NCBI GenBank assembly: GCA_964490645.1
Contig: CAZBCL010000001.1
Span: 7,659 to 71,658, forward strand
Source: an uncultured Spirochaetia bacterium
GTDB lineage: Bacteria > Spirochaetota > JAHITG01 > CAZBCL01
Reading direction: 5' to 3'
DNA: 64,000 nt
Shown here: positions 19,640 to 30,770 of the stretch, one piece after another
Position numbering within the stretch: the first letter of the stretch is position 1
How the letters are laid out: the number at the start of each line of letters is the position of its first letter
Translations under genes and position numbers: made by a program
The notes under the pieces: generated by a model
Database searches by the model: none
Told to the model about the DNA's origin: nothing
The model's input: the letters and a program-made list of their open reading frames with translations, nothing else

Positions 19640-20282
19640 ATGCCGCTGCCTATACTATCGTACCTGCCGGCACGATTAATATTACGATAATCCAAGTAAT
19701 CATGCATCTTCACAGACTGCATATCTCTATTACTGCATTTAAAAGTATACGGGTTTTATAATTCGGCAACGTAAAGCTGTCTAATAATACAAATATATTG
19801 TTGTTTCGATCGCCACTGATATTGCAGAGGGCAATAATTATCAATTCCATCATGGAAACAGCGTTCTTCTTAAATGGGAATACTGTTAAAAATAAAAACC
19901 AGCTAATCTCAAAGTACACCATTCCAGCGCTTCAAATGCATTTATCAATAATACATCAGCATATAATAATAAGAATGATTGTATCATACATCTCAAAAAT
20001 TATACTATTCCTTTTTCTATATCGGTCATTGCACCAACCATACTATCTATTATTTCAATATCGTTTGAACTAAAATGAGTACTGCGTATCATAACAAACC
20101 CGTATACTGAAATTATCAGGAATTTAATTGTGTTCACAGGAATAGTATATTCCCATTGAAAAGTATTATATTGTATGCAACATTTGCAGCATTTATTCGT
20201 CTAAAGTTTATACTATTAAAGTGTTCATAATAGTTCTGCTACTATAGAGCATTAATAACGTACTATATAAGGAGTATAGCAT

Positions 20283-21149
20283 ATGCGTTTTTTAAAAAAC
20301 AATCGTTTTCGTTTTGTTGTGTATGTTTCACTATTAATTGCTGTTTTTGCCGCCATACACACATTACAAATCAAAGCCCAAAACACAGTGAATAACGGAA
20401 CAACTGAATTAATTACTTCAAATTCAACAGACTCCACACCAACAAATACACAATATATGCTATCAGAAGAAGAAGCCGAAGAAGCACTACAAACCCCAAC
20501 ATCGCTTTTCTCATTATTCAAAATGGGTGGACCGTTTATGTGGGCATTACTGCTTGTCTCTGTTTTCGGACTTGCCTTTATTATCGAACGAACTGTTTTT
20601 TATATTCGTAATACCGAAAACATCCCGCAATTTCAGGATGAGCTTTCTGCTGCAATTAAACAACACGGGAAAGATTATATTCGTCCGTTTTGTAATAATC
20701 ATCAAAGTGCCGTATCGCGTATCGTATTAGAAGGGTATATTGCTCATGATGAAGGGTTAGAAAACTTTGAAAAAGAACTTTCCCGAGCAACAAGTATTGA
20801 AGTAACAAAAATGGAAAAAGGTTTGAACATGATTGCCAGTATTTCAAATATTGCTCCAATGCTTGGTTTTCTTGGCACCGTTTCCGGTATGATTCACGCA
20901 TTTACTGATATTGCCAATGCTGATCAGGTAAGCGCCCGTATTGTTGCCGGCGGTATCAGTGAAGCTCTGATCACCACAGCAACCGGATTGATTATCGCCA
21001 TCCCCACAAGTTTTGCATTCAATACATTCGTCTCTCTGACCAATACCTTCATTGCAAATATCGAACGCCTTTCATCTCAACTGGTAAAGCAAATCTTCCG
21101 AGGTGATAAAATTTCGAAAAATGATATCATCAATCATTCTTCAGAATAA
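20283..21149 (+). CDS. exbB: MotA/TolQ/ExbB proton-channel family protein
   Basis: C-terminal TM2-TM3 signature (LGFLGTVSGMIHAF…ALITTATGLIIAIP). N-terminal signal/TM plus a roughly 70-aa Thr/Ser-rich extension. Confidence 0.8.
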   Translation: MRFLKNNRFRFVVYVSLLIAVFAAIHTLQIKAQNTVNNGTTELITSNSTDSTPTNTQYMLSEEEAEEALQTPTSLFSLFKMGGPFMWALLLVSVFGLAFIIERTVFYIRNTENIPQFQDELSAAIKQHGKDYIRPFCNNHQSAVSRIVLEGYIAHDEGLENFEKELSRATSIEVTKMEKGLNMIASISNIAPMLGFLGTVSGMIHAFTDIANADQVSARIVAGGISEALITTATGLIIAIPTSFAFNTFVSLTNTFIANIERLSSQLVKQIFRGDKISKNDIINHSSE

Positions 21150-21163
21150 ACGGAATACGAGTT

Positions 21164-21574
21164 ATGCATATCCGCAGAACACAAAAATTATCAGCATCAA
21201 TGCCGATATCCTCACAATCGGACATCGCATTCCTGTTGATAATATTCTTTATGGTAACTGCTGTTTTTACTACACAAGAAGGATTGAGTATCTTTCTGCC
21301 GAAAAAGGATGCGCAAAAACGCACCGTTTCTGCCCACGACCTGCTTATCCTTAATCTTGAGGCAGACGGAACATTAATACTCAATGATCGTACAATTAGC
21401 ACGAAAGAAATTTGCCCGCGTATTACAGAAATCAAGGATGCTAATCCGCAAACAATCCTTCTATTCAAAATTAGTAATCATTGTCCGTACGGTACTGTGG
21501 TAACTGTAATAAATGAAATTCAACGTGTTCCTGATCTGCGTCTCTCATTAAAAACGGTTGGAGATACCCAATGA
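21164..21574 (+). CDS. exbD: biopolymer transport protein ExbD/TolR
   Basis: 136 aa, N-terminal SQSDIAFLLIIFFMVTAVF TM segment typical of ExbD. Confidence 0.8.
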   Translation: MHIRRTQKLSASMPISSQSDIAFLLIIFFMVTAVFTTQEGLSIFLPKKDAQKRTVSAHDLLILNLEADGTLILNDRTISTKEICPRITEIKDANPQTILLFKISNHCPYGTVVTVINEIQRVPDLRLSLKTVGDTQ

Positions 21575-21981
21575 ATATAAAACGCGGAAAAAAAATCGAA
21601 AGTGCAATACCGGTATCATCAATGGCAGATATTGCATTTCTGCTGCTTATTTTTCTTATTGTAACCAGTGCCATTAATATGCAACGAGAGCAGCCGATAA
21701 CATTACCCTCAGCCACTGATAGCGAATTGGTTGAAGATGCGCATAAGTGCTTTGTTTGGGTTAACGCCGACGGTCGTATTGTTATCAACAACGATGTTAT
21801 TACACCGGATGATGTTGAAATGGCAATTCTGAAACAACGCGCTCTTCATCCTGATTTAGTTATTCTCCTGCACGGTGATGAAAACAGCCCCTATATGCTC
21901 ATTAGTGATATTCTTGATCGAATAAAAAACGCCGGTGTTCAGAAAGTTATCTTTGTCGCCAGGAGAAAAACAGAAAAATGA
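21571..21981 (+). CDS. exbD: biopolymer transport protein ExbD/TolR (second copy)
   Basis: 136 aa, SSMADIAFLLLIFLIVTSA TM segment. 4-nt overlap with the previous gene. Confidence 0.8.
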   Translation: MNIKRGKKIESAIPVSSMADIAFLLLIFLIVTSAINMQREQPITLPSATDSELVEDAHKCFVWVNADGRIVINNDVITPDDVEMAILKQRALHPDLVILLHGDENSPYMLISDILDRIKNAGVQKVIFVARRKTEK

Positions 21982-22571
21982 GCAGTATAAAACGGTTTGA
22001 ATCTGTTTATACATTTTTTAAGTATCGCCCTGTTTTATTCTATGTAACAATTTCAGCATGCATCCAATTACTGATACTCTTTCTCTGGCAGCTTCCGCAG
22101 GCAGGTAATGAATACTTTGACCAAACTGAATTGCTTGAAGTCATTGATATCACCGCACCGCCTGAATCATCACAAAAAGTTGATGAAGAAATAGAAATTA
22201 CTGACGACATTTCCGATGAGCCGAAGGAAGTATCGCCAAAACCATTAACAAAAATGACGCGCTCAACATTTGAAAGCTTTCTTTCACAATATCAGGTTAC
22301 CTCACTGCCGCGTCCACTCGGCTATCCCCCTAAACCCAAATATCCCGCAGCGGCACGTAATGCACAGATTGAGGGCACCGTTATTATTATGGCTGCATTT
22401 GATAGAAACGGACGCTTGATTCTCTACAAAGTCATGAAATCACTCGGATACGGGTGTAATGAAGCCGCCATTCAGGCTTTAAAAGCAACACAATTCGCAC
22501 CTGCATTAAAAGACGGTAAACCGGTACCGGCGCGAATGAATATTCGCTATGAGTTTACATTTGAGGATTAA
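21978..22571 (+). CDS. tonB: energy transducer TonB
   Basis: N-terminal TM, Pro/Glu-rich linker, C-terminal TonB domain (PKYPAAARNAQIEGTVIIMAAFDRNGRL…). Confidence 0.7.
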   Translation: MSSIKRFESVYTFFKYRPVLFYVTISACIQLLILFLWQLPQAGNEYFDQTELLEVIDITAPPESSQKVDEEIEITDDISDEPKEVSPKPLTKMTRSTFESFLSQYQVTSLPRPLGYPPKPKYPAAARNAQIEGTVIIMAAFDRNGRLILYKVMKSLGYGCNEAAIQALKATQFAPALKDGKPVPARMNIRYEFTFED

Positions 22572-22584
22572 GCAAGATTATATT

Positions 22585-25413
22585 ATGAAGCTGTTAATAA
22601 TTATTACTGTTACTGCTATTCTATTAATGCTGCCGATTATTGTATTCGCCGCTGACGGCACAATAACCGGTTCCATTACCGATTATGAAAGTGGAGACCC
22701 GCTTTGGGACGTTCTCATTAAGGTTCCCACCGCTCATGTTATAACAAACTCTGACTTTCAGGGAAACTATCAATTCACTTTGCCGGAAGGGAAACATGTC
22801 ATTACGTTCTCGGTTATGGGATATTCAACACTGATAAAACATATTACCATTACCGCTGATAAAACGGTCCTACTCAATGCTCGTATGTCCGTTTCAGAAC
22901 TCGCGACAGGACTTACTGTACAATCAACAACAACCGCACGTGAAGTAACCGTCTCACAAACAACCATAGAGAAAAAGCGTATTGACCATACCTCACGCGC
23001 AGGTTTTACCAGTGACATTACAACAACACTTAAAAAACTTCCCGGTGTTGCTTCAGACGGTACATTTTCCGGTGAACTGTATATACGCGGCGGAATGCCG
23101 CAGGAAAACCTTTTTATTCTCGATCGTGTTATTTTAACCTCCCCGTATAAATGGGACGGAATGATGACGCTGATTAATCCCGATGTTGTGAAAAAGGTAA
23201 ACTTTTATACCGGCGGTTTCCCCGCTGAATACGGACAGGCAATGTCAGGATTAATCCATTGCGAAACGCTCGACCCGCCGAAAGATCGTAAAACACATGG
23301 TCGGCTGAAAATGGATCCGGCAAATTTTAATTATTATCAGTACGGACCGCTCGCCGGTCCCGGCAATAACTCCGGCTATGTCGTCTCAAGCCGTGTTACC
23401 TATTATGATTTGGTTGCGGGGCTTTTCTTAAAATTAATGGAAGATGAAGATTTATACTCCTCAGGCACCCGTTTACCTTGGTTTTATGATGCATTCGGAA
23501 AGGTGTATTTAGATGTGCATCGTAAACATAAATTATTTTTCTCATCATTATGGTTTAATAACGGCACGAAATTAAAGTTTACTGAAAACGAAGTTGAAGA
23601 AAATACAAATAGCAACGATACATACACTTCCACCTATTCCATTAATGAACTTTTTAAATTCAGCGATACGACAACATATATTTCGGGAACATGGAAATAC
23701 ATCCCGGGAGATAAACTGACGGTATACACGACAACCAGCTGGGTCAGACAATCCGGATATAATATCTCTATTGATGATTATACCGATGACTGGTTTGAAA
23801 ATATTTCCGCATTCGGAATTACCAATATACTTCATGGGTATATCAGAAGTTATGAATATACAACCAATGAATTAAAACGTGATGAATATCAATTCTACGC
23901 TAATGCTCATTATGCTCCGGCAGCGTGGTACACCATCAATATTGGAACAACTATCATACCGTATACCATGACCTCCCGCGATATATCGGGATCATTCAAC
24001 GACGAATATGAGCATTATCAATTAGGCACCAATAGTGATAGCGTGCACGACAAGACAACGAAATATTCCTCTTTCAAAGATAAATTTAATAGTGTCTATG
24101 GTGCAGCTTTTGTTGAAAATGAAATCAGTATTATTCCGCAGCATTGGGTATTTCATCTCGGTATTCGTGAAACATATTATGAACGTACTCACCAGGCACT
24201 AACTGACCCGCGGTTGATGACAAAAATTACACTCTTTGACAATTGGGCTGTAAAACTCGCCGCCGGACAGTTCTCGCAATATTCGTTTGAAGAGACCAGT
24301 GATTCAAAATACGGCAATACGAAATTAAAAGCTGAAGAGTCACATCATTATATCGGAGGCATTGAAAAAATTATTGTGCCGCTTGATTTAAAAATCCGTT
24401 CGGAAGTTTTTTACAAGACGTATAACAATCTCATCGTTGAAGTTGAACAAAAAGAAGGAAACTATCAAAACTGGGCAATTGGTGAAACAAAAGGGTATGA
24501 ACTCTTTCTTGAAAAGTCGCTCAGTGAACATTTTGAAGGCTGGGTTGCCTATACGTATACCGATGCATGGCGAAAAATAACTTCAAAAGCACGAAACTCA
24601 AGTCTTGATACTGTTGACTTTTTTGAAAATACCTCACGAGTCAATGTCAAGTATGCTCCTAATAATCTTCAAAAACATATTTTGAGTGTCAATGTCGATT
24701 GCTACCTCACTGACTGGCTTATGGTAACAGCTGATTTTCGTTATCATACCGGCGCACCGTATACAAAAGTAGTCGGTCGAAAATATAAATATTATTCAGT
24801 AACAAATTTCATCTATAACGGTACACTGATTATTACAAACATTTCGACTGAAAGCAATCCCATGCCTAATTTTTCCGGTAACTTTCATGACGGAGCGATG
24901 CGCGATTATCACCGACTTAATCTCGGACTGAATATCAATACTACCTTACTCAAGGAAAAACATCGGGAAAAATATACCAATTCCATCGGCACAACAGAAC
25001 TCGCTCTCTATAACATGAGAGTTTCAAACATACTGAAACAATTATCAGAAACAACAAATAAAAAACAACGTTCAAAACTGCATAAAACATTAATAAAATA
25101 TATACAAGAGTATGATACTGTCCAAAATAAACTATGGAAATTTTCTGAAAACCCGCAATTACATAATCGCCTGCTCATGCGTGCAGAATATGCAGAAAAT
25201 AAAGAAAAAGCAGCACGGCTTTTCAAACGCTATGATCAAAAATTACAACCGAAACCGCATCTCCGCAAATCAACACTCTTTATTGATGTGATGAATGCAT
25301 ATAAAAACAAATCTCTTGAAATCGGCAAGTGGTATGATGCTCATTCCGGACAGTATAGATCACAAAACGATCTGCCGTTTATGGTTTTGGCCGGATTTAT
25401 GATTAAGTATTAA
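22585..25413 (+). CDS. TonB-dependent outer-membrane receptor with N-terminal carboxypeptidase-regulatory-like domain
   Basis: Signal peptide. CarbopepD_reg-like segment (GTITGSITDYESGDPLWDVLIKVP…GNYQFTLPEGKHVITFSVMGYS). Plug motifs (LKKLPGVASDG…LYIRGG…FILDRVIL). Long beta-barrel and a C-terminal aromatic (…GFMIKY). Likely start ATG at 22585 (MKLLIII…). Confidence 0.7.
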   Translation: MKLLIIITVTAILLMLPIIVFAADGTITGSITDYESGDPLWDVLIKVPTAHVITNSDFQGNYQFTLPEGKHVITFSVMGYSTLIKHITITADKTVLLNARMSVSELATGLTVQSTTTAREVTVSQTTIEKKRIDHTSRAGFTSDITTTLKKLPGVASDGTFSGELYIRGGMPQENLFILDRVILTSPYKWDGMMTLINPDVVKKVNFYTGGFPAEYGQAMSGLIHCETLDPPKDRKTHGRLKMDPANFNYYQYGPLAGPGNNSGYVVSSRVTYYDLVAGLFLKLMEDEDLYSSGTRLPWFYDAFGKVYLDVHRKHKLFFSSLWFNNGTKLKFTENEVEENTNSNDTYTSTYSINELFKFSDTTTYISGTWKYIPGDKLTVYTTTSWVRQSGYNISIDDYTDDWFENISAFGITNILHGYIRSYEYTTNELKRDEYQFYANAHYAPAAWYTINIGTTIIPYTMTSRDISGSFNDEYEHYQLGTNSDSVHDKTTKYSSFKDKFNSVYGAAFVENEISIIPQHWVFHLGIRETYYERTHQALTDPRLMTKITLFDNWAVKLAAGQFSQYSFEETSDSKYGNTKLKAEESHHYIGGIEKIIVPLDLKIRSEVFYKTYNNLIVEVEQKEGNYQNWAIGETKGYELFLEKSLSEHFEGWVAYTYTDAWRKITSKARNSSLDTVDFFENTSRVNVKYAPNNLQKHILSVNVDCYLTDWLMVTADFRYHTGAPYTKVVGRKYKYYSVTNFIYNGTLIITNISTESNPMPNFSGNFHDGAMRDYHRLNLGLNINTTLLKEKHREKYTNSIGTTELALYNMRVSNILKQLSETTNKKQRSKLHKTLIKYIQEYDTVQNKLWKFSENPQLHNRLLMRAEYAENKEKAARLFKRYDQKLQPKPHLRKSTLFIDVMNAYKNKSLEIGKWYDAHSGQYRSQNDLPFMVLAGFMIKY

Positions 25414-25471
25414 TCAATACAGATGGTTCTCGGTACTGATTTATTATTGATCTTTAAGTAAGGAGGACATT

Positions 25472-28309
25472 ATGAAACTCACTATTCTTCTCACTGCGGC
25501 ATCTATTCTATTAATGCTGCCGATTATTATATTCGCCGCTGACGGCACAATAACCGGTTCCGTTACCGATTATGAAAGCGGAGACCCGCTCTGGGATGTT
25601 CTCATTAACGTTCCGACCGCACATTTTACAACAAACTCTGATTTTCAGGGAAACTATCAATTCACCCTGCCGGAAGGAAAACATGTCATCAAGTTTTCGG
25701 TTATGGGATATTCAACACTCGTGAAGCATGTTACGATTACCGCTGATACAACATTAACACTCAACGCCCCCCTATCCGTTTCAGAACTGGCAACCGGGCT
25801 TATTGTACGATCAACAACAACAGCACGTGAAGTAACCGTTTCACAAACAACGATAGAAAAATCTCGTATCGATAATACCTCACGCGCAGGTTTTACCAGT
25901 GACATTACAACAACACTTAAAAAACTTCCCGGCGTTGCTTCAGACGGCACATTTTCCGGCGCCTTATATATTCGCGGGGGATCGCCATGGGAAAACCTCT
26001 TTATTCTCGACCGTGTTATTCTAACGTTTCCGTATAAATGGGGCGGATTAATAACGATGATTAATCCCGATATTGTAAAAAAGGTTAATTTTTATACCGG
26101 CGGTTTCCCCGCTGAATACGGACAGGCAATGTCAGGATTAATTCATTGTGAAACGCTTGATCCGCCGAAAGACCGTAAAACACATGGTCGCTTGAAAATG
26201 GATCCGGCAAATTTCAACTATTATCAGTACGGACCGCTCACCGGTATCGGCAACAATTCCGGTTATGTTATCTCAAGTCGTGCCACCTATTATGATCTGA
26301 TAGCACCAATCTTTATAAAAATGAGTGGAGATGGAGATATGAATACCGAGGGAATTCGATTTCCGTGGTTTTATGATGCATTCGGCAAAGTGTTTTTAGA
26401 TATTCATCGCAAACATAAATTAATATTCTCGTCATTATGTTTCAATGACGGGATGAAAATGACTTTTGACTCAACTCCCCCGGGACAAAATGATGATACA
26501 TATGGGAACGATGCATATAAGAGCATTGATGTTTCAGGATCGTTTCGATATAGTGATACAACAATGTACATGTCGGGAACATGGAAATACATCCCGGGAG
26601 ACAAACTGACGCTATACACAACAAGCAGCTGGATCCGCCAGTGGGGGCATTATAAATATAAACAAGGTGTTTACTTTTATGAATTGGACAACTTCACTGA
26701 AAACGGGACTAATTACGGACCGCACTATTCCTTCAAAGGTGATTATGACTATTGGATTGCGCATTTCCAACGCGATGAGTATCAGATTTATGCAAATGCG
26801 CATTACTCGCCGGCTGAGTATTATACCATCAATATTGGTACAACAATAATCCCATATCAGATAACGTATTGCGATAAAGAGGGTTTTTTACTTGATGACT
26901 ATGAAATCCATGGTAACGGCACAAACAGTTATTTAATACGCACACAAAAAATAGAACATTTCGGTTCAACCAATAATAATAAGAGTCTTTATGGAGCCGT
27001 TTTTCTTGAAAATGAGATTAGTATTATCCCACAGCGATGGATACTGCATGTGGGTATTCGTGAACATATTTTTCAACAAACCGGGCAGTCAATAACTGAG
27101 CCGCGCCTCATGACAAAAATAACCCTTTTTGATGGTTGGGATTTTAAACTTTCCGGCGGACGCTTCTCACAATTCCCCTTTATCGAAGCTAATAGTGATA
27201 CACAAGGAAATACAAAATTGCATGCTGAAGAATCATATCATTATATCGGCGGCATTGAAAAAATCATTCCATTCATAGATTTAAAAATCCGTTCAGAAGT
27301 TTTTTACAAGACCTATAATAATATCATTGTCGCAGTAGAACAAAAAGAAGGAAACTATCAAAATTGGGCAATCGGTGAAGCAAAAGGATATGAGCTTTTT
27401 CTTGAAAAGGCTTTAAGCAAACGCATTGAAGGCTGGTTTGCATATACCTATACTGAAGCATGGCGGAAGGTAACGTCAAAAGCAAATAATTCAAGTCTTG
27501 CAAATATCGCATTCTATCAAGATGCGCCACGTATCAATGTCAAATATGCCCCGGATAATCATCAAAAACATATTATAAATATCAATATTGATTATCATAT
27601 TACCAAATGGCTTATGGTTAATGCTGATTTTCGATATCATACCGGCGCCCCATATACCAAAATAGATAGCGTATATGCTGATTATTCATCAGTAACAAAT
27701 TTTTATGTCAGTAATGCAACACTCCTTTCGACCAATGTTATTACCGAAACGAATTATATTCCTACGTATTCTGATACATACCACGGCGAACGATTGAATG
27801 ATTATTATTGTCTTAATCTCGGTGTTAATTTCAACCAAACCCTATTTGAAGAACGACAGTATAAACGATATACAAATACTCTCGGTCCGAAAAAGCTTAT
27901 GGAGTATAACGACAAAATTGATATATATTTAAAACAGCTTTCCGAAACAACAAATAAACGAAAACAACACAAAATAAACACCGAATTATCACGCGCCATA
28001 ACGTGTTATGATAAAATTCAAAATAAACTATGGAAGTTTTCCGAAAACCCGCAACTGCATAATCGCCTGCTCATGCGAGCACAATACGAGGAAAACAAAC
28101 ACAAAGCGGCTCGTCTTGTTAAACGCTATGACAGAAAAATTCAACCGAAAGCACATCGGCAACAATGGACTATATATTTGAATGCAATCAATGCCCTCAA
28201 CAGTAAAAATGTCGAGCTTGGAAAATGGTTTGACAGCAGCAGCGGTGAAAATAAATCAGAGAAAGATCTGCCTTTAATTATACTCAGCGGATTTATGTTA
28301 AAATACTAG
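25472..28309 (+). CDS. TonB-dependent outer-membrane receptor, tandem paralog of the upstream gene
   Basis: Same architecture. The N-terminal roughly 250 aa are nearly identical to the upstream receptor. Strong RBS (AAGGAGG) before the ATG. Confidence 0.7.
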   Translation: MKLTILLTAASILLMLPIIIFAADGTITGSVTDYESGDPLWDVLINVPTAHFTTNSDFQGNYQFTLPEGKHVIKFSVMGYSTLVKHVTITADTTLTLNAPLSVSELATGLIVRSTTTAREVTVSQTTIEKSRIDNTSRAGFTSDITTTLKKLPGVASDGTFSGALYIRGGSPWENLFILDRVILTFPYKWGGLITMINPDIVKKVNFYTGGFPAEYGQAMSGLIHCETLDPPKDRKTHGRLKMDPANFNYYQYGPLTGIGNNSGYVISSRATYYDLIAPIFIKMSGDGDMNTEGIRFPWFYDAFGKVFLDIHRKHKLIFSSLCFNDGMKMTFDSTPPGQNDDTYGNDAYKSIDVSGSFRYSDTTMYMSGTWKYIPGDKLTLYTTSSWIRQWGHYKYKQGVYFYELDNFTENGTNYGPHYSFKGDYDYWIAHFQRDEYQIYANAHYSPAEYYTINIGTTIIPYQITYCDKEGFLLDDYEIHGNGTNSYLIRTQKIEHFGSTNNNKSLYGAVFLENEISIIPQRWILHVGIREHIFQQTGQSITEPRLMTKITLFDGWDFKLSGGRFSQFPFIEANSDTQGNTKLHAEESYHYIGGIEKIIPFIDLKIRSEVFYKTYNNIIVAVEQKEGNYQNWAIGEAKGYELFLEKALSKRIEGWFAYTYTEAWRKVTSKANNSSLANIAFYQDAPRINVKYAPDNHQKHIININIDYHITKWLMVNADFRYHTGAPYTKIDSVYADYSSVTNFYVSNATLLSTNVITETNYIPTYSDTYHGERLNDYYCLNLGVNFNQTLFEERQYKRYTNTLGPKKLMEYNDKIDIYLKQLSETTNKRKQHKINTELSRAITCYDKIQNKLWKFSENPQLHNRLLMRAQYEENKHKAARLVKRYDRKIQPKAHRQQWTIYLNAINALNSKNVELGKWFDSSSGENKSEKDLPLIILSGFMLKY

Positions 28310-28546
28310 CTTGAAGATGAAAATAATATAATAAGCACCATTTAAAAAATAAAGCCGTATACAGAATAATCCATATATTATGACAATAATTAAGCCGGGA
28401 TACTGTCTTGTTCATTGTATCGCATAACGCTCTGCATTAGAAACCTATTGACGCATCGCTTCTTACATTCATACCTTCGCATAAAACCCTTTACTCTATC
28501 CTCAGAAGACATGCTTTACATATTAGTACCGTTGTTACTGTGCAGA

Positions 28547-29938
28547 TTAAAAATATACCTTCACACGAATTTGTGCTTGTGATTGACCGGCATAATACTC
28601 ACTGTTTACGGTTCCTGTTGTAATCAGACCAAACACCGTTAAATCAAAATTTTCTGCAAGACTCCAATCAAGCCGCGGTATAAGTCCGACGGAATTATCA
28701 TCCACGTTGTATAATACCGAAGTACTGCCCTTTCCAAATGCACCGATATTTTGCTGTATCATATAAAATAAATAATGCTGTGCAAGTGAATCTGTTTCTC
28801 CGATATAATATCGAAGCCAATCATTAAAGGTATACTCATCAGCACCGGCTCGCCCTGCCGAATTATAAAAATATTCCGTCATCATCATCATACCGATAGA
28901 AAAGAAATATTGCATACCCCCTAATGCTTCCCAGTATTCCTGACCGTCAGCATTACCGCTGAGTATATACACCCCTTCGCCGCGTATTTCCAAGCCATGA
29001 ATATCACCGACAAAATCCCCTCCCGCTCTCTTTTCGATACGTTGTTCAACCGCAATGGGAACATCAACAAGCGTATACATCCCGGGTATCGTCATATGAG
29101 GAACCGTCATCGGCATATTTTTCCATGTAAGGAAACTTGTTGCTGCAGGTGTTTCACAATAACTGGCGGTCCATGTAAATCCAAGCTTTTGCTGCAATAT
29201 AAGTTCTTTTTTCATATATTTGCCCTGCTCAGCGGGAGTGAGAATGATATTTGCATTGCCGCCATGTTTCCATGTACGCGTAATGACTGCTGCGGTAACT
29301 CCGGGCTTTTCATACGTTGGATCAAAAGCATTTTTAGTATTGAACACATCCGTTGGATTCCATACATACCCGGTCCCTCTGTTAATCGTCTGTTTTCCAA
29401 TTTTAAATTGTAAAAAATCAGGGCTCCAAACGATATATGCATTATCAAGAACAATACTGTCTTTAAAAGTATAATTAAAATATTGCCAATACTCAGATGA
29501 AATACCGGCTGTATCAACAACATGGCGCGGCAATAATTGTATATACGGAAACGATTTTAATCCAAGGTAGTTATTACCAATGAAACCTATCCGTGTCATA
29601 ACATGCTTTGACGGTTTCGATTCAATATCAATTCGTATGCGATTATAATCCTGTGTCAATACTTCATCTGAAATAAGATACATATTAAAATCATTCTCAT
29701 AATATCCACTGATATGAAGATTATTGATTATTGCATACTGATTATTGTTTACCGGACCGGAAGTATTTTCTATCGTTATTGATGCATTGCCGACCGGAGG
29801 TTCTATCAATACCGCATTTGATGAAAACTCATTATCATCCAATGGGATACCGCCTCCGTCTATCGGCACGCCCGTTCCCTGTCCGAATAATAACGATGAG
29901 AGCATTAATACTGTAAGTAGCACACTATAATACCGCAC
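28547..29938 (-). CDS. outer-membrane beta-barrel protein (DUF1302-like partner of the MMPL/LolA-like module)
   Basis: Signal peptide (MRYYSVLLTVLMLSSLLFGQGTG), 463 aa, C-terminal …RVKVYF beta-signal. Downstream in the same orientation as the LolA-like and MMPL genes. Confidence 0.45.
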   Translation of the reverse strand: MRYYSVLLTVLMLSSLLFGQGTGVPIDGGGIPLDDNEFSSNAVLIEPPVGNASITIENTSGPVNNNQYAIINNLHISGYYENDFNMYLISDEVLTQDYNRIRIDIESKPSKHVMTRIGFIGNNYLGLKSFPYIQLLPRHVVDTAGISSEYWQYFNYTFKDSIVLDNAYIVWSPDFLQFKIGKQTINRGTGYVWNPTDVFNTKNAFDPTYEKPGVTAAVITRTWKHGGNANIILTPAEQGKYMKKELILQQKLGFTWTASYCETPAATSFLTWKNMPMTVPHMTIPGMYTLVDVPIAVEQRIEKRAGGDFVGDIHGLEIRGEGVYILSGNADGQEYWEALGGMQYFFSIGMMMMTEYFYNSAGRAGADEYTFNDWLRYYIGETDSLAQHYLFYMIQQNIGAFGKGSTSVLYNVDDNSVGLIPRLDWSLAENFDLTVFGLITTGTVNSEYYAGQSQAQIRVKVYF

Positions 29939-29953
29939 ATCCGTCCTCCTTAT

Positions 29954-30718
29954 TTAGTGAGTCATACCATGTTTATATTCACTTGGATTAAATACATTCG
30001 CTGATAATGATACATCATAATACGCTTTATCAATATAAAACTCAGTCGTACTTCCCTTTTGAAGATTTGTCATACTTATTTTACAGGCAACAATATACTG
30101 ACCAAACATACGATAATTCCCGATAATCATTCGTTTAATCGGTTCTTTTTTACCGTTATCATAAATTTCAGCCTGCACGGGAATAAACCTATCCTTCCGC
30201 ACCCATATAATTTCTTTATCACAATCAGGACCTTTTTCATTCGGAATACATTCAATTTTATAACACATCTTCCATTGGCATAACTCTTCTCCCAGTAATC
30301 GAAAGGAATAACGTCCTGTTTTTTTTTGTGAACTCATATCATCATACGTAAAATCACTGCCCATTACTTTTTGATTTTTTGATGAAGCTGCAAGCTGCCG
30401 CAATCGTTTTGAATCAGAAAAATATGTCCATATTTCATCGCCGCCATGCAGCATAACAAATACCGTTCCTTGAACCGATGCCGGTGAAAGATATACCATG
30501 GTTTGATTATCATTTTTATTATCACCCCATACTGCAATGGTAAAGTTTCTCTCTCTACCTGTTGATGTAATAATCTTCTGCCGGCATGTCATAATGGTTG
30601 TTGTCTGCGGGACCATTGCATCAACACGATCAATAATTTTATCAATAGTCATATCAGCAGCATATCCAACCCCGCAGAATAAAACAGCAATCATTATTAT
30701 AATTATTATTTTTCTCAT
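29954..30718 (-). CDS. LolA-like outer-membrane lipoprotein-sorting-fold protein (DUF1329/PF17131-like, MMPL-associated)
   Basis: The ATG at 30718 is preceded by an AGGAGG RBS at -8. Signal peptide MRKIIIIIMIAVLFCGVGYA. The roughly 230-aa mature protein has a LolA-like pattern. The track ORF (to 30784) would overlap the MMPL gene. Confidence 0.55.
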   Translation of the reverse strand: MRKIIIIIMIAVLFCGVGYAADMTIDKIIDRVDAMVPQTTTIMTCRQKIITSTGRERNFTIAVWGDNKNDNQTMVYLSPASVQGTVFVMLHGGDEIWTYFSDSKRLRQLAASSKNQKVMGSDFTYDDMSSQKKTGRYSFRLLGEELCQWKMCYKIECIPNEKGPDCDKEIIWVRKDRFIPVQAEIYDNGKKEPIKRMIIGNYRMFGQYIVACKISMTNLQKGSTTEFYIDKAYYDVSLSANVFNPSEYKHGMTH

Positions 30719-30770
30719 TCTGAACATCCTCCTGTTTAATTGAGTTATCCCATTACCGAGAATGGTTTTT

